Part shown: positions 52,481 to 64,000 of the stretch, piece after piece | How the letters are laid out: each line of letters begins with the position of its first letter | Numbering within the stretch: the first letter of the stretch is position 1 | Assembly (NCBI RefSeq): GCF_032444005.1 | Contig: NC_091285.1 | Coordinates: 670,964,001 to 671,028,000, forward strand | Source: Ranitomeya imitator | Lineage: Eukaryota | Reading direction: 5' to 3' | DNA length: 64,000 nucleotides | The notes under the pieces: model-generated | Told to the model about the DNA's origin: nothing | Databases searched by the model: none | The model's input: only the letters and a program-made list of their open reading frames with translations | Translations under genes and position numbers: made by a program

Positions 52481-53489
52481 CCCATTTTCAGTCTAAAACA
52501 TTTTTATGTAACAACATCGCGAGAGCCATGGATCTTTACTGTCCAGAGTTAGGGCTCGTGCGCTCCCTGACTGACGGGTGCCGGCCGATCCGTTATCCCA
52601 TAGCGCATTAACCCATTCAGCGGGGCAGTGCAGATGGGAGACTCACTGACAAAATCTGAAAGCCTCAGCCATTCACATCAATGGGTGTGAGAAATCCGAT
52701 GTCACAATGCGGAGATACAATATCGCATCTGATGTTTACGGATACATTACAATTTTGTAACAGGAACCGAAATGGTCTTGTGAGTGATTAATAACTCCTG
52801 TAAGAAACGGATCGTACATTGCTGACAAGTGAGAAAAAATCCAACCACTTTTCTGGATGAGAATGACACCGATTTTATACTGTGGTATGACCCCAGTAAC
52901 AATCGTCTATAGAGCACCTATACATCACCAATTCATGGACATCACACGTACCAACACATCACATCACTGGCTGCATACATAGGGTATCAATACAGCCCCA
53001 TACAGTAATCATACATTACTAATACATCACCCATACAGTAATCATACATTAGTAACACAGCCCCCATACATTGTTGCTGTGACGTGCGGTTTCGGTATGT
53101 GGTGGCAGCCTCTATTCCCAGCTGTGTATAAGAATGTCAGCGGTGCGGAGAATGGGAGCAGAGAGCCGGCGGAGGGTGCGCCTGCAAACAAAACCCTAAA
53201 ATATGCCCCAACAAAAACAGGCACAAAAAGGAATGACACCTCACACAATACCCACAGGAGGGTGTGAGCCCAGAGATAGCAGGGATTAGTCATCTGGGCC
53301 GGCACATACCTGAGAATATTATTTCTGCTCCGACCTCACATTCCCTGTGTCACTCATTATAGTAACCACCTCCATCGCGACTTATTCTCCGATTGCTGCA
53401 ATCAGAATAAATAGACTGCAGGCGATCCGCACACCACAGCCACTCATACTGGGGCAGATTTATTCCATCTCCCTCCTATGTGTAGCTTA

Positions 53490-53787
53490 GGCTACGTTCA
53501 CATTTGCGGTGTGTCGGGCGCAACCACGGCGACGCATGCGTCATGCTCCCCTATATTTAACATGGGGGCGCATGGACATGCGTTGTATTGCGTTTTGTGA
53601 CGCATGCGTCTTTTTTGGCGCAAGCGTCAGGGCGCAGAGGACGCAGCAAGTTGCATTTTTTTTGCGTCCACAATTGGCCAAAAATGGACGCATGCGTCAC
53701 AAAACAATGCGTTTTTGCATGCGTTTTGCATGCGTTGTGCGTTGCGTCGCCGACGCAACACACAACAACGCAAATGTGAACGTAGCC
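53490..53787. mobile_element. PIF/Harbinger MITE (298 bp), TTA TSD
   Basis: TTA|GGCTACGTTCACATTTGCG...CGCAAATGTGAACGTAGCC|TTA with perfect 19-bp TIRs. Confidence 0.92.
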
Positions 53788-54929
53788 TTAGCAGGGCGAC
53801 AGAGCAGAGATAAACGCGACAGCGGCTCTGACAACACATGGTTTGTTTGTAGTCTGTTACCATGGAGACGGTCGGTATTTATTTACGTCCAAAAAAGTTA
53901 TAGTAGGATTCTCAACCTTTGCATACTGTATAGTGATTATGTCCGAAGATTAAAAGGCATATTAACTTCTCCTCTGCATTTACAGAGTCACAGGCTCAGT
54001 CTACGACAGAAGACGTCTCCGACACTTACCCCCAGTTACACGTTTTAGGGGTCTGTCCACATATGTGATTATTTCACTCCAATGTTTAGAAGAGGAAACA
54101 TTGGAAGGAGTTTCACTAAACACAAACCCACTCTTCTTACTGTTTTCAGTGCACACAGCTCCAATGTGTTTCCATGGCTACAGACTACAAACAGTAGTCA
54201 GAGCTCCACTCCTCTTATTCTGTGGTTTTCTCCGCCTCGTCATGAACACAGAAGCGTGACATTTATTATGCTAGACTTCCGCGATATCTCGGCTCCCTAC
54301 GTGTAGAATGGCATTGTCACAAAGGTTTGGTGATACAGATCAAAGGCTGGGGGCATTGGGTCCCTGCCCGCACCCCGACGCTCGTGACAGGTTATCTGAT
54401 GGAGAGCAGACATAGAGGGTGAACATTAACAAGTCCCTGACAGTCCAGGAAGGGCAAACTGTGACTATGTGCATCCTAAAGAAGTGCTGATCAATACAAG
54501 ATGAGGACGCCATTATTCCATCTTTTCTCACCTTGCCCATCTCAGTGTCATTTCATACTGCAGTTCTGTGCCAGGCATGGCTGGGATTTGTAGTTTCCCT
54601 GCATTTGACATTACTGCTTGGATTCCCAGTATCCGAGAACGCCTCTCCCTCTGTAAACAGTGACCTGTAATGGCGCGGGCAGCGAGCAGCAGCTAAGTCT
54701 CCTGATGGCAAAGGTTGTATTTACACCAGGCTGGTTATCTCTTATCGGATTATTAGATTTTCTGTAGGCCGGATTAGCAGCCCATACATTTTTAATGCGC
54801 TGCTTTCAAACTTGATTACGGTTCCCATTATTGGGCCGCCCGGATCTACACAACGTCTGGATGGAGAGAAACCTGCGACATTTTAAAGCTTATTGAAAGA
54901 ATTGAGCAACGATTTACCCTAGAGATGCC

Positions 54930-55545
54930 CCTCTCCACGCTTGCCCCTATGTCTTCTTAGGTGATGTATGGTAGACAGCCAACCTATAATCAACTGTCCT
55001 GCCTCTGTTTGAAGTAATGCTTGGAGTCAGTTACTTCCTCGGCGTTCTGGCCACCGGCTACGCGCCTCAGTAGGATGTTGCCGATCTCGGGGTACGACTC
55101 CTGCTGGCTCACCTTTGTGCTTTGATCTCGTTTCTCACTTCTCCACAATATACTTCGCTTCATGTCTTTTCTTTAGATACCGCCGCAAGGTAGTGCAGGC
55201 GCGGTTCTGTAACGATCTGTCCTTGTCACTAAGTCACTGCCAGGTTCCCACGCCTGACAGGGACCCCTCTGAATCTTCCCCGCAACACCCCCTGCCACGG
55301 GATGTTGCCTGGACAAAACTTAACCCAGCCAGCTTCTGACTAACTTCCTATCCAACCCCCAGTTTTACCAAAGTGTGAGGAGTGGCCTAATAAATAGAAC
55401 CTTTTGCCCCCCTGGTGGCCGGAGTGTGAAATGTAATGTGTGACTGTGATACCTGGTCAGGTGAACTCCTTTAGTGCCATCAGACGTACCATAACTCCCC
55501 TTAGTGGCAGAGCGACATTACTGCAACGACCAGGTCTCTGGGGCG

Positions 55546-55548
<3 letters not shown>
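54930..55548. mobile_element. 3' half of the LTR-like family also found at 26353-28430, followed by (TA)n
   Basis: Colinear similarity with 27843-28430; ends GGGGCGCTGTA, then (TA)n to ~55586. Confidence 0.75.
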
Positions 55549-55591
<43 letters not shown>

Positions 55592-56284
55592 GGTTGTGCT
55601 TTAATTACTTTAATCTCTCTCTCTATCCTGTATATATCCACACAGATTAAGGTAATTAAAGGACAACCCAATATTTTCCTGCCCCACATAAAGCCAAAGC
55701 CCTGACGTAGACTCAGACAACCCATTTCAAATATGCTATCAAACCAGACCTACTGCCGACATCTCCGGTTCCCTGATCAGAATCATTCATCATTCCTTAC
55801 GGTATTATCAAAAAAAGTACATCTTCCCACTGTCCTCCTACTAAGACATCATTGGCCTCTTAGCCAATTTTCATTTTCCCTTCCCCTTCACAAGATTTTC
55901 ATTTTTCTGTTTACATTTCCGTTTTCCTACATTTTTCCAGTTTTGAACAACGCCATTCATTTTACCATATCATGTACTGAAAACCTGAAAAAAAAAGCAA
56001 ATGCAGTAAAATGACCAAAAAAAGAAGCTCATTTGTTATGCAGAAAAAATGACTCGGTAGCAGTATTCTCCAGTGCAGTACCATTACGGTGATAGCAGAC
56101 TTGTATTAGTTTAGTCTTAAAAAAAAAATTAGCTATTTGTAAAAAAATAAATAAATTGGCGTTTGTTGCCATTTTCTGACCCCCGTATATTTTCTATTTA
56201 GACTTATTTAACCGTCAGGTCCATAGTCCGATGGCCCGGATTTATTTTGAGGTTTTAAGTGGTATCAGAAATTATGTAAAGATC

Positions 56285-57765
56285 TCGGGTCTGGGTTCTA
56301 GTGTGGTGGCAGAATTTATTAGGGGCCTGGTCTGGGGTTGTAATGCATTAAGAAGGTCTAGTCTACAGTCTAAACACCTTTAGGGGTCTAGTATGGGAAA
56401 TTAATATAATGTGGGGTCTGGCCTGGGGACTGAACGTTTTTAAGGTTTCAGTTAGGGGTCTGAATACAGGTCTGGTCAAGGTTCAGTATTTATTTTCAGA
56501 TCTGAACTCATTTTTGGGTCTAGTCTGGAGTTGAAATATATTTAGTGGTCTGGTCTGGGGTCTGAATTTATTTAGGGTCCTGGATTGGGGACTAAGTGTA
56601 TTTAGGGGTCTGGTCTGGTCTTATTTAAGGTTCTAGTCGGGGATCTGAATTTATTTGAGGTTTTGTGGTCTGGATCTATGTACAGATCTGGTCAGAATTT
56701 AGTATTAATTCTGCTATCTGAACATTTAGGTCTGAATTTATTTATGGTTCTGGTCTGGGAACTGAATATATTAACGGGTCTGGTCTGGGGTCTAAGTTTA
56801 TTCGGAGGTCTAGTCTGGAATCTGAGTTTATTTAGGGGTCTGGTCTGGGGTCTGAACCTAATAAAGATTCTAATCATGGGATCCAAATTCATTTTGAGGT
56901 CTTGGGTCTGAATTTATTTTGGGTTTTATTATCTGAATTTATTTACAGGTCTGATAAGTGTTCATAACTCTAGCATATGGACTAATTTATGAAGCCAATC
57001 TGGGGTCAAAATGTACTTAGGGGTCTGGTCTGAGGTCTGAATTTATTTATGGTTCCAATCTGAGGACTGAGTATGTTTTGGGGCCTGGTCTGTTGTCTGA
57101 GTTTGTTAGGGGTCTAGTCTGGGATCTGAGTTTATTTAGGTGTCTAAGTTTATTTAATGGTCTGGTATGTGGTCTATATTACTCTCAGGTCTGAGCTTAT
57201 TTAGGAATATGGTCTGGGTTCTGCGTTTAGGTGTCTGGTCTGGGTAGTCTGAATTTATTTAGGGATCTGATCTGGGGATTGAGTTTATTTAGGTGTCTGA
57301 TCTGGGGTCAGAGTTTAGTTAAGGGTCTGATCTGGGTTCTGAGTTTATTTATGGGTCTGGTCTGGGGTCTGAGCTTATTTAAGGGTCTGGTCTGGGGTCT
57401 GAGTTTATTTAAGGGGCTGGTCTGGGGTCTGAGTTTATATAAGCATCAGGTCTGAGTTTATTTAGGTGTCTGGTCTGGGTAGTCTGAATTTACGTAGGGA
57501 TCTGATCCGGAAACTGAGTTTATTTAGGGGTCTCCACGGGGGTCAGAGTTTACTTATGGGTCTGGTCTGGGGTCTGAGTTTATATAAGCATCTGGTCTGG
57601 GGTCTGAGTTTATTTAGGTGTCTGGTCTGGGTAGTCTGAATTTATTTAAGGATCTGATCTGGGGACTGAGTTTATTTAGGGGTCTCCACGGGGGTCAGAG
57701 TTTACTTAGGGATCTGTTCTGGGGTCTGAGTTTATTTAAGGGTCTGGTGTGGGGTCTGAATTTAT
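56285..57765. repeat. Degenerate 30-bp tandem array (GGTCTGGTCTGGGGTCTGAGTTTATTTAAG)
   Basis: 30-bp periodicity visible at 57361-57420. Confidence 0.88.
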
Positions 57766-57838
57766 TTATATTACCAACATTTTATATTATACTGGCTCGC
57801 TATGGGTGCCTTTATCTGCCTGTGCCATTGATGCCCAG

Positions 57839-60800
57839 CAGGGCCGCCATCAGGGCATTACAGCCGTGACTGGCGTAAGGGGCCCGGTGAGCAGAGGGGG
57901 CCCGCATCGGGCCCCCTCTTACCTGCTCACCGGGCCCCTACCGGCAGCCGCAGGCTGAACCGGGCCCTTAGCGGCGGCCGGCGCTGCAGCTGTACGCTAT
58001 TGACATGCGGGCCCGCGCCCGCCGCACGTCAATAGTTAACAGCCGCCAGCCGCAGCGTGCAGGTCGCCGGCGTCTGACGTCATTGTCAGTCGCCGGCGAG
58101 TGCACAGTGCAGCTGCGTGGAGAGAGGAGCGCGGCAGGTAAGTAGAACTTTTTTTTTTTTCTATTAAGAGCGGAGAGCGGCGATCGGGGCCCGGGGGGGG
58201 GGGGGGTTTGGGCAGAAGGCAGCTGGACACAGAGGGGGCAGAAGGCAGCTGGACACAGGGGGGCAGAAGGCCGCTGGACACAGAGGGGGCAGAAGGCAGC
58301 TGGACACAGGGGGGCAGAAGGCCGCTGGACACAGGGGGGCAGAAGGCAGCTGGACACAGGGGGGCAGAAGGCCGCTGGACACAGGGGGGCAGAAGGCAGC
58401 TGGACACAGAGGGGGCAGAAGGCAGCTGGACACAGGGGGGCAGAAGGCCGCTGGACACAGGGGGGCAGAAGGCAGCTGGACACAGGGGGGCAGAAGGCCG
58501 CTGGACACAGAGGGGGCAGAAGGCAGCTGGACACAGGGGGGCAGAAGGCAGCTGGACACAGAGGGGGCAGAAGGCAGCTGGACACAGAGGGGGCAGAAGG
58601 CAGCTGGACACAGGGGGGCAGAAGGCAGCTGGACACAGAGGGGGCAGAAGGCAGCTGGACACAGGGGGGCAGAAGGCAGCTGGACACAGAGGGGGCAGAA
58701 GGCAGCTGGACACAGGGGGGCAGAAGGCAGCTGGACACAGAGGGGGCAGAAGGCAGCTGGACACAGGGGGGCAGAAGGCAGCTGGACACAGAGGGGGCAG
58801 AAGGCCGCTGGACACAGGGGGGCAGAAGGCCGCTGGACACAGAGGGGGCAGAAGGCCGCTGGACACAGAGGGGGCAGAAGGCAGCTGGACACGGGGGCAG
58901 AAGGCAGCTGGACACGGGGCAGAAGGCAGCTGGACACAGAGGGGGCAGAAGGCAGCTGGACACAGGGGGGCAGAAGGCAGCTGGACACGGGGCAGAAGGC
59001 AGCTGGACACAGAGGGGGCAGAAGGCAGCTGGACACAGAGGGGGCAGAAGGCAGCTGGACACAGAGCGGGCAGAAGGCAGCTGGACACAGAGGGGGCAGA
59101 AGGCAGCTGGACACAGAGGGGGCAGAAGGCAGCTGGACACAGGGGGGCAGAAGGCCGCTGGACACAGGGGGGCAGAAGGCAGCTGGACACAGGGGGGCAG
59201 TAAAGCTGGACACAGGGGGGCAGAAGGCAGCTGGACACAGAGGGGGCAGAAGGCAGCTGGACACAGAGGGGGCAGAAGGCAGCTGGACACAGGGGGGCAG
59301 AAGGCAGCTGGACACAGAGGGGGCAGAAGGCAGCTGGACACGGGGCAGAAGGCAGCTGGACACAGAGGGGGCAGAAGGCAGCTGGACACAGAGGGGGCAG
59401 AAGGCAGCTGGACACAGAGGGGGCAGAAGGCAGCTGGACACAGGGGGCAGAAGGCAGCTGGACACAGAGGGGGCAGAAGGCCGCTGGACACGGGGGGCAG
59501 AAGGCTGGACACGGGGGGCAGAAGGCTGGACACAGGGGGGCAGTAAAGCTGGACACAGGGGGGGCAGAAGGCTGGACACAGAGGGGGCAGTAAAGCTGGA
59601 CACAGAGGGGGCAGTAAATCTGGACACAGAGGGGGCAGTAAATCTGGACACAGAGGGGGCAGTAAATCTGGACACAGAGGGGGCAGTAAATCTGGACACA
59701 GAGGGGGCAGTAAATCTGGACACAGAGGGGGCAGTAAATCTGGACACAGGGGGCAGTAAATCTGGACACAGGGGGCAGTAAATCTGGACACAGAGGGGGC
59801 AGTAAATCTGGACACGGGGCAGTAAATCTGGACACAGAGGGGGCAGTAAAGCTGGACACGGGGGGGGGGGCAGAAAGCTGGACACATGGGGGGCAGAAAG
59901 CTGGACACATGGGGGGCAGAAAGCTGGACACATGGGGGGCAGAAAGCTGGACACATGGGGGGCAGAAAGCTGGACACATGGGGGGCAGAGTGCTGGACAG
60001 AGATGGGGCAGAGTGCTGGACAGAGATGGGGCAGAGTGCTGGACAGAGATGGGGCAGAGTGCTGGACAGAGATGGGGCAGAGTGCTGGGCAGAGATGGGG
60101 CAGAGTGCTGGACAGAGATGGGGCAGAGTGCTGGACAGAGATGGGGCAGAGTGCTGAACAGAGATGGGGCAGAGTGCTGGACAGAGATGGGGCAGAGTGC
60201 TGGACAGAGATGGTGCAGGATTGGAAACAGATGGGGCAGGATGGATACGATGGAGACAGATGGGGCAGGATGGGGAGATCATATGGGGTAGAATGGATAC
60301 TCATGAGGGCAGGATGAGAGAACATATGGCTGGAGCCTGAAATGAGACACACGGTGGCCAGGATGGCGAATATTACCATAGGGGCTAATTAAGGGATATT
60401 ATTATTGCAGTGATGTATTTATTTTATTTTTTGAGTATACTGTTTTAAATGGGGGGGGCGGTCCTGTTACTGTGTAGAGTGATACTATGTTGCCTTCTTC
60501 ATGTGGTGTAATGTAGAAGTTGGGAAAATTAAGTAATGTGTTCTACAAGCGGAACTCGAGATAACTGTTTTATTTCCTGCAGAGACGAGTCCTGGCTGGA
60601 TAAAGTGATGGCGGTCTGTGCTGGATGAAAGATGAAGGACTTCACCTAGAGACGTCACTGGTGAGTCAGTGTTACCTATACACTTACACTATACACTGTA
60701 TACTATATACAGAGGTCCTGTGTACAATGTCACCAGTGATCACTGTATTATCTATACATTATATACAGAGCTCCTGTGTGTAATGTCACCGGTGATCACT

Positions 60801-61445
60801 GTATTACCTGTACACAGACACTGCTTACTAATTACAGATCTCCTGTGCATAATGGCACTGATGGTGATAGTATTGTGGGTTTTTTTTGTATTACTGATCA
60901 GTATTGTAGTATTCAGTCATTGTTGGTAATATGTGGTCTGGTCATGATGTGGAGGTTATATGTGGTCTGGTCATGGTGTAGCGGTATTTGTTCCTTGTAT
61001 TTTATATTATTCGATCACTGTGGTGGTAATATGTCATCTGGTCATAGTGTTGTGGTATTTGTTCCTTGTATGTAGTATTATAGGTCATTTTAAAAATTGA
61101 AAAATAAATAAAAATATACCTAAATTGTATTGCATATTTTAACAAATATTTAGTAGGTTACAGTAGAGTAGGGCCCGGCCAAAAGTGTCTACCTTGTTGT
61201 GGTGGCGGCTTAAAAAATCTTTTGGCCAAAACAAAAGCTGCCTGCTATATGTGTGATCTGGTGATGGGAACTGTCAATGTGTGATAGGTGAGAAGTGGAG
61301 ATTTTCCAAGAGAGAGCGGTGGGACTGTGGACAGTTCGTGGGGTGGAGCCTGGAGGCGGGGCTGGGGTGGAGCCTGGGCGGAGTTTCAAGGGGGCCCCGA
61401 AAATTTTGCCAGTATGGGGCCCCGAAATTTCTAGTGGCAGCCCTG
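57839..61445. mobile_element. Non-autonomous hAT element (3607 bp) with internal minisatellites
   Basis: ATGCCCAG|CAGGGCCGCC...GGCAGCCCTG|ATGCCCAG: perfect 8-bp TSD, 10-bp imperfect TIR and subterminal GGGGCCC repeats. Confidence 0.93.
58208..60260. repeat. G-rich minisatellites inside the hAT: 22-26-bp GGACACAGAGGGGGCAGAAGGCAGCT grading into 23-bp GGACAGAGATGGGGCAGAGTGCT
   Basis: Periods measured 59057 to 59083 and 60001 to 60024. Confidence 0.95.
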
Positions 61446-62071
61446 ATGCCCAGTTACACTCCTTGAGTGCTCTACGCCAACCTGACCTGTCTGTCCACCT
61501 CAGAGAAGATCAAAGAGAAAGGGGAGGTGGAGGAGGCAGGTACTAAAAGCAGAAGCAGGGAGTATCCCACAAAACACATACAGAAGCATTGGAATGGAGA
61601 AAGGGACAATCAGTCTTTGCTTTCCAGCCTGTATCAGCTGTCTGACAGGGTGGAGGCGGCCATACTGTGAGTAATGGGTATATAAACCACTCCACCTGCT
61701 ATATATATACTGCCCGCGCTCAGTAATGTCCTCTACAAACACATCGCTCCTTTCGGGGACCTCGCCCTCTCAGCACACTCATTTTTTTTCCATGTGAAAA
61801 GAAGATCTTAGGTGGACCCAGAAGGGGATTTGAGCACTGAACCCGCCGTGTTTGATCCAGTGGCTTTTGTTCATGACTTATGTTCCTGAGTCTCGGGGTG
61901 GAGAGTTGTATATTTGACATGAGATTAGTGAATGATTGCTGATCACTTGTGAAAAGCGAAGAGAAAGGAAACTATGAGAGAGAAACTAGCACATAGGAAG
62001 AAGTGATAGCACTTAAAGGAGAACTCCAGCCATCGTGCAATGTGCCATAAAGGCAAGGAAATAGATCACAT

Positions 62072-64000
62072 GCTCATCACTGATCTGGAACATCACCCCT
62101 CACCCTATAACTGTGCTCATCACTGATCTGGTACATCACCCCTCACCCTATAACTGTGCTCATCACTGATCTGGAACATCACCCCTCACCCTATAACTGT
62201 GCTCATCACTGATCTGGTTCATCACCCCTCACCCTATAACTGTGCTCATCACTAATCTGGTTCATCACCCCTCACCCTATAACTGTGCTCATCACTGATC
62301 TGGTACATCACCCCTCACCCTATAACTGTGCTCATCACTGATCTGGAACATCACCCCTCACCCTATAACTGTGCTCATCACTGATCTGGAACATCACCCC
62401 TCACCCTATAACTGTGCTCATCACCGATCTGGTACATCACCCCTCACCCTATAACTGTGCTCATCACTGATCTGGTACATCACCCCTCACCCTATAACTG
62501 TGCTCATCACTGATCTGGTTCATCACCCCTCACCCTATAACTGTGCTCATCACAGATCTGGTACATCACCCCTCACCCTATAACTGTGCGCATCACTGAT
62601 CTGGTACATCACCCCTCACCCTATAAGTGTGGTCATCACTAATCTGGTACATCACCCCTCACCCTATAACTGTGCTCATCACTGATCTGGTACATCACCC
62701 CTCACCCTATAACTGTGCTCATCACTGATCTGGTACATCACCCCTCACCCTATAAGTGTGGTCATCACTAATCTGGTACATCACCCCTCACCCTATAACT
62801 GTGCTCATCACTGATCTGGAACATCACCCCTCACCCTATAACTGTGCTCATCACTGATCTGGTTCATCACCCCTCACCCTATAACTGTGCCCATCACTGA
62901 TCTGGTGCATCACCCCTCACCCTATAACTGTGCTCATCACTGATCTGGTACATCACCCCTCACCCTATAAGTGTGGTCATCACTAATCTGGTACATCACC
63001 CCTCACCCTATAACTGTGCTCATCACTGATCTGGTACATCACCCCTCACCCTATAACTGTGCTCATCACTGATCTGGTACATCACCCCTCACCCTATAAC
63101 TGTGCTCATCACAGATCTGGTACATCACTCCTCACCCTATAACTGTGCTCATCACTGATCTGGTACATCACCCCTCACCCTATAACTGTGCTCATCACCG
63201 ATCTGGTACATCACCCCTCACCCTATAACTGTGCTCATCACTGATCTGGTACATCACCCCTCACCCTATAAGTGTGGTCATCACTAATCTGGTACATCAC
63301 CCCTCACCCTATAACTGTGCTCATCACTGATCTGGTTCATCACCTCTCACCCTATAACTGTGCTCATCACTGATCTGGTACATCACCCCTCACCCTATAA
63401 CTGTGCTCATCACAGATCTGGTACATCACTCCTCACCCTATAACTGTACTCATCACTGATCTGGTACATCACCCCTCACCCTATAACTGTGCTCATCACT
63501 GATCTGGTACATCACCTCTCACCCTATAACTGTGCTCATCACTGATCTGGTACATCACCCCTCACCCTATAAGTGTGGTCATCACTAATCTGGTACATCA
63601 CCCCTCACCCTATAACTGTGCTCATCACTGATCTGGTACATCACCCCTCACCCTATAACTGTGCTCATCACAGATCTGGTACATCACCCCTCACCCTATA
63701 ACTGTGCTCATCACCGATCTGGCACATCACCCCTCACCCTATAACTGTGCCCATCACTGATCTGGTACATCACCCCTCACCCTATAACTGTGCTCATCAC
63801 CGATCTGGTACATCACCCCTCACCCTATAACTGTGCTCATCACCCCTCACCCTATAACTGTGCTCATCACTGATCTGGTTCATCACCCCTCACCCTATAA
63901 CTGTGCTCATCACTGATCTGGTTCATCACCCCTAACCCTATAACTGTGCCCATCACTGATCTGGTACATCACCCCTCACCCTATAACTGTGCTCATCACT
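62072..64000. repeat. 43-bp satellite (CTATAACTGTGCTCATCACTGATCTGGTACATCACCCCTCACC), continues past the window end
   Basis: Period measured 62105 to 62148. Confidence 0.97.

Noticed and set aside
48219-52552. Pro/His/Leu-rich ORFs up to 529 aa
   Set aside because: Degenerate C-rich tandem repeat, open in several frames.
53843-54192. Two RFX X-box-like motifs (53856-53869, 54168-54181) and a possible minus-strand exon
   Set aside because: The motifs lie in mutually inverted TGTTTGTAGTCTGT..CCATGG..AC segments that look like MITE inverted repeats; the open frame finds no in-frame downstream exon.
54340-54594. ZNF143-like GGGATTTGTAGT and the 66-aa ORF with TVCPSWTVRDL (ubiquitin-like look)
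   Set aside because: The motif resembles common frog MITE sequence; the ORF has no extended Ubl pattern.
57968-60379. Cys/Pro-rich ORFs of 600-800 aa resembling keratin-associated proteins
   Set aside because: Minisatellite inside a hAT element; open in all frames.
48100-64000. Search for ACER1, the neighbour expected from human synteny
   Set aside because: No ceramidase-like exon (e.g. SEVDWCE) was recognised in this window.

Overview
Repeat-rich vertebrate genomic DNA, most likely from a frog (inferred from the repeat families). There are four protein-coding genes: persephin (PSPN, + strand, mature-domain exon only), ALKBH7 (- strand, 4 exons), an SSX2IP/ADIP-like coiled-coil gene (+ strand, at least 8 coding exons, one running into an assembly gap) and mitochondrial CLPP (- strand, 7 coding exons). 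The PSPN-ALKBH7-CLPP order and orientation match what I recall for human 19p13.3, except that the SSX2IP-like gene sits between ALKBH7 and CLPP. That gene seems to lack the N-terminal ADIP domain and has a long, unfamiliar C-terminal exon. The rest is transposable elements and tandem arrays: a structurally complete DIRS retrotransposon with nested insertions, an apparently intact DD34E Tc1 with 200-bp identical-looking TIRs inside an older Tc1, a decayed chromodomain Gypsy, L2 3' ends, solo LTRs, PIF/Harbinger MITEs, non-autonomous hAT, piggyBac-like and Helitron elements, about a dozen minisatellites, and a ~500-bp palindrome with a hammerhead-ribozyme-like motif in each arm. All homology calls come from recalled motifs; no database search was run.
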